A DNA stretch of 46,951 nt from Octopus sinensis (Eukaryota): NCBI RefSeq assembly GCF_006345805.1, contig NW_021834668.1, positions 1 to 46,951 of the forward strand. Direction: 5' to 3'. A program made the translations under genes and the position numbers. Shown one piece after another: positions 46,101 to 46,951 of this stretch (positions are counted from its first letter, which is position 1; every line of letters begins with the position of its first letter). The notes under the pieces were generated by a model. It saw only the letters and a list, made by a program, of their open reading frames with translations, was not told the origin of the DNA and did no database searches.

Positions 46101-46951
46101 TAGGGGCGAAATTTTTTTCCCACTAAAGTGCTGGACCACAAAGTTGACAGTCACTGTTCTTATTCCCCGGACACAGTCTCTAGGGATAACCCCATCGTCT
46201 TACCAAGATATGGAGCAAATAGAGGCTAGTGAGGAGTGGCAAGACCATCGCGTGGGCAAGTGGCGAAATTTTTTTCCCACTAGTGTTCCGGACCCCAAAT
46301 TGGACAGTCAGTGGTCTTATTCTCCGGTCACAATCTGTAGGGATAACCCCCATCTTCTTACGATGATATGGAGCAAATAGAGGCTTGTGAGGAGTGGCAA
46401 GTCTATCGCGTGGGTAAGAGGCGAAATTTTTTCCCACTAGAGTTCCGGAGCACTAAATTGACAGTCAGTGGTCTTAGGCTCCGGGCACAATCTGTAGGGA
46501 TAACCCCATCGTCTTACGATGATATGGAGCAAATAGAGGCTAGTGAGGAGTGGCAAGACCATCGCGTGGGGAAGGGGCGAAATTTTTTTCCCACTAGAGT
46601 TCCGGACCCCAAAGTTGACAGTCAGTGGTCTTAGTCTCCGGGCACAATCTGTAGGGCTAACCCCATCGTCTTATGATGATATGGAGCAAATAGAGGCTGG
46701 TGAGGTGTGGCAAGGCCATCGCGTGGGCAAGGGCGAAATTTTTTTCCCTCTAGAGTTCCGGACCCCAAAGTTGACAGTCAGTCGTCTTAGTCTTCGGGCA
46801 CAATCTGTAGGGATAACACCATCGTCTTACCAAGATATGGAGCAAATAGAGGATGGTGAGGAGTGGCAAGACCATCGCGTGGGCAAGGGCGAAATTTTTT
46901 CGCACTAGAGTTCCGGACCCCAAAGTTGACAGTCAGTGGTCTATGTCTCCG
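25168..46951 (+). repeat. Same satellite, forward block 2 (~139 monomers), continuing past the window end, with higher-order repeats
   Basis: Uninterrupted tandem monomers with recurring diagnostic variants. Confidence 0.97.

Noticed and set aside
20159-46908. Hundreds of ORFs in the satellite as protein-coding genes
   Set aside because: They are translations of one tandem monomer with constant frameshifts at the T-tract; there are no splice signals and no known domain.
20190-46951. CRISPR array or CENP-B box in the satellite
   Set aside because: There are no unique spacers (whole monomers repeat) and the context is eukaryotic. I found no match to NTTCGNNNNANNCGGGN on either strand of the consensus.

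Overview
Repeat-dominated eukaryotic genomic DNA. It is most likely an octopus (coleoid cephalopod): the tRNA-derived SINE families and dense TA/GT/GATA microsatellites match my recollection of Octopus genomes, which is inference and not a search result. I find no intact protein-coding gene, rRNA, tRNA or CRISPR array, and nearly all supplied ORFs are translations of microsatellites or satellite monomers. Positions 1-20,190 are a mosaic of SINEs (at least 3 families), dead LINE ends (RTE clade and CR1 group), a dead Tc1 transposase with DD35E-like spacing, two non-autonomous Helitrons, a MITE pair carrying (TTAGGG)n, and many foldback structures. Several foldbacks carry hammerhead-ribozyme cores typical of Penelope-like elements: three complete type I copies, one truncated copy and one separate minimal copy. 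From about 20,190 to the window end lies a ~26.8 kb array of a ~156-157 bp GC-rich satellite (~170 monomers) with nested higher-order repeats. It contains an internal ~19-monomer inversion (about 22,198-25,167) whose two junctions are palindromic.
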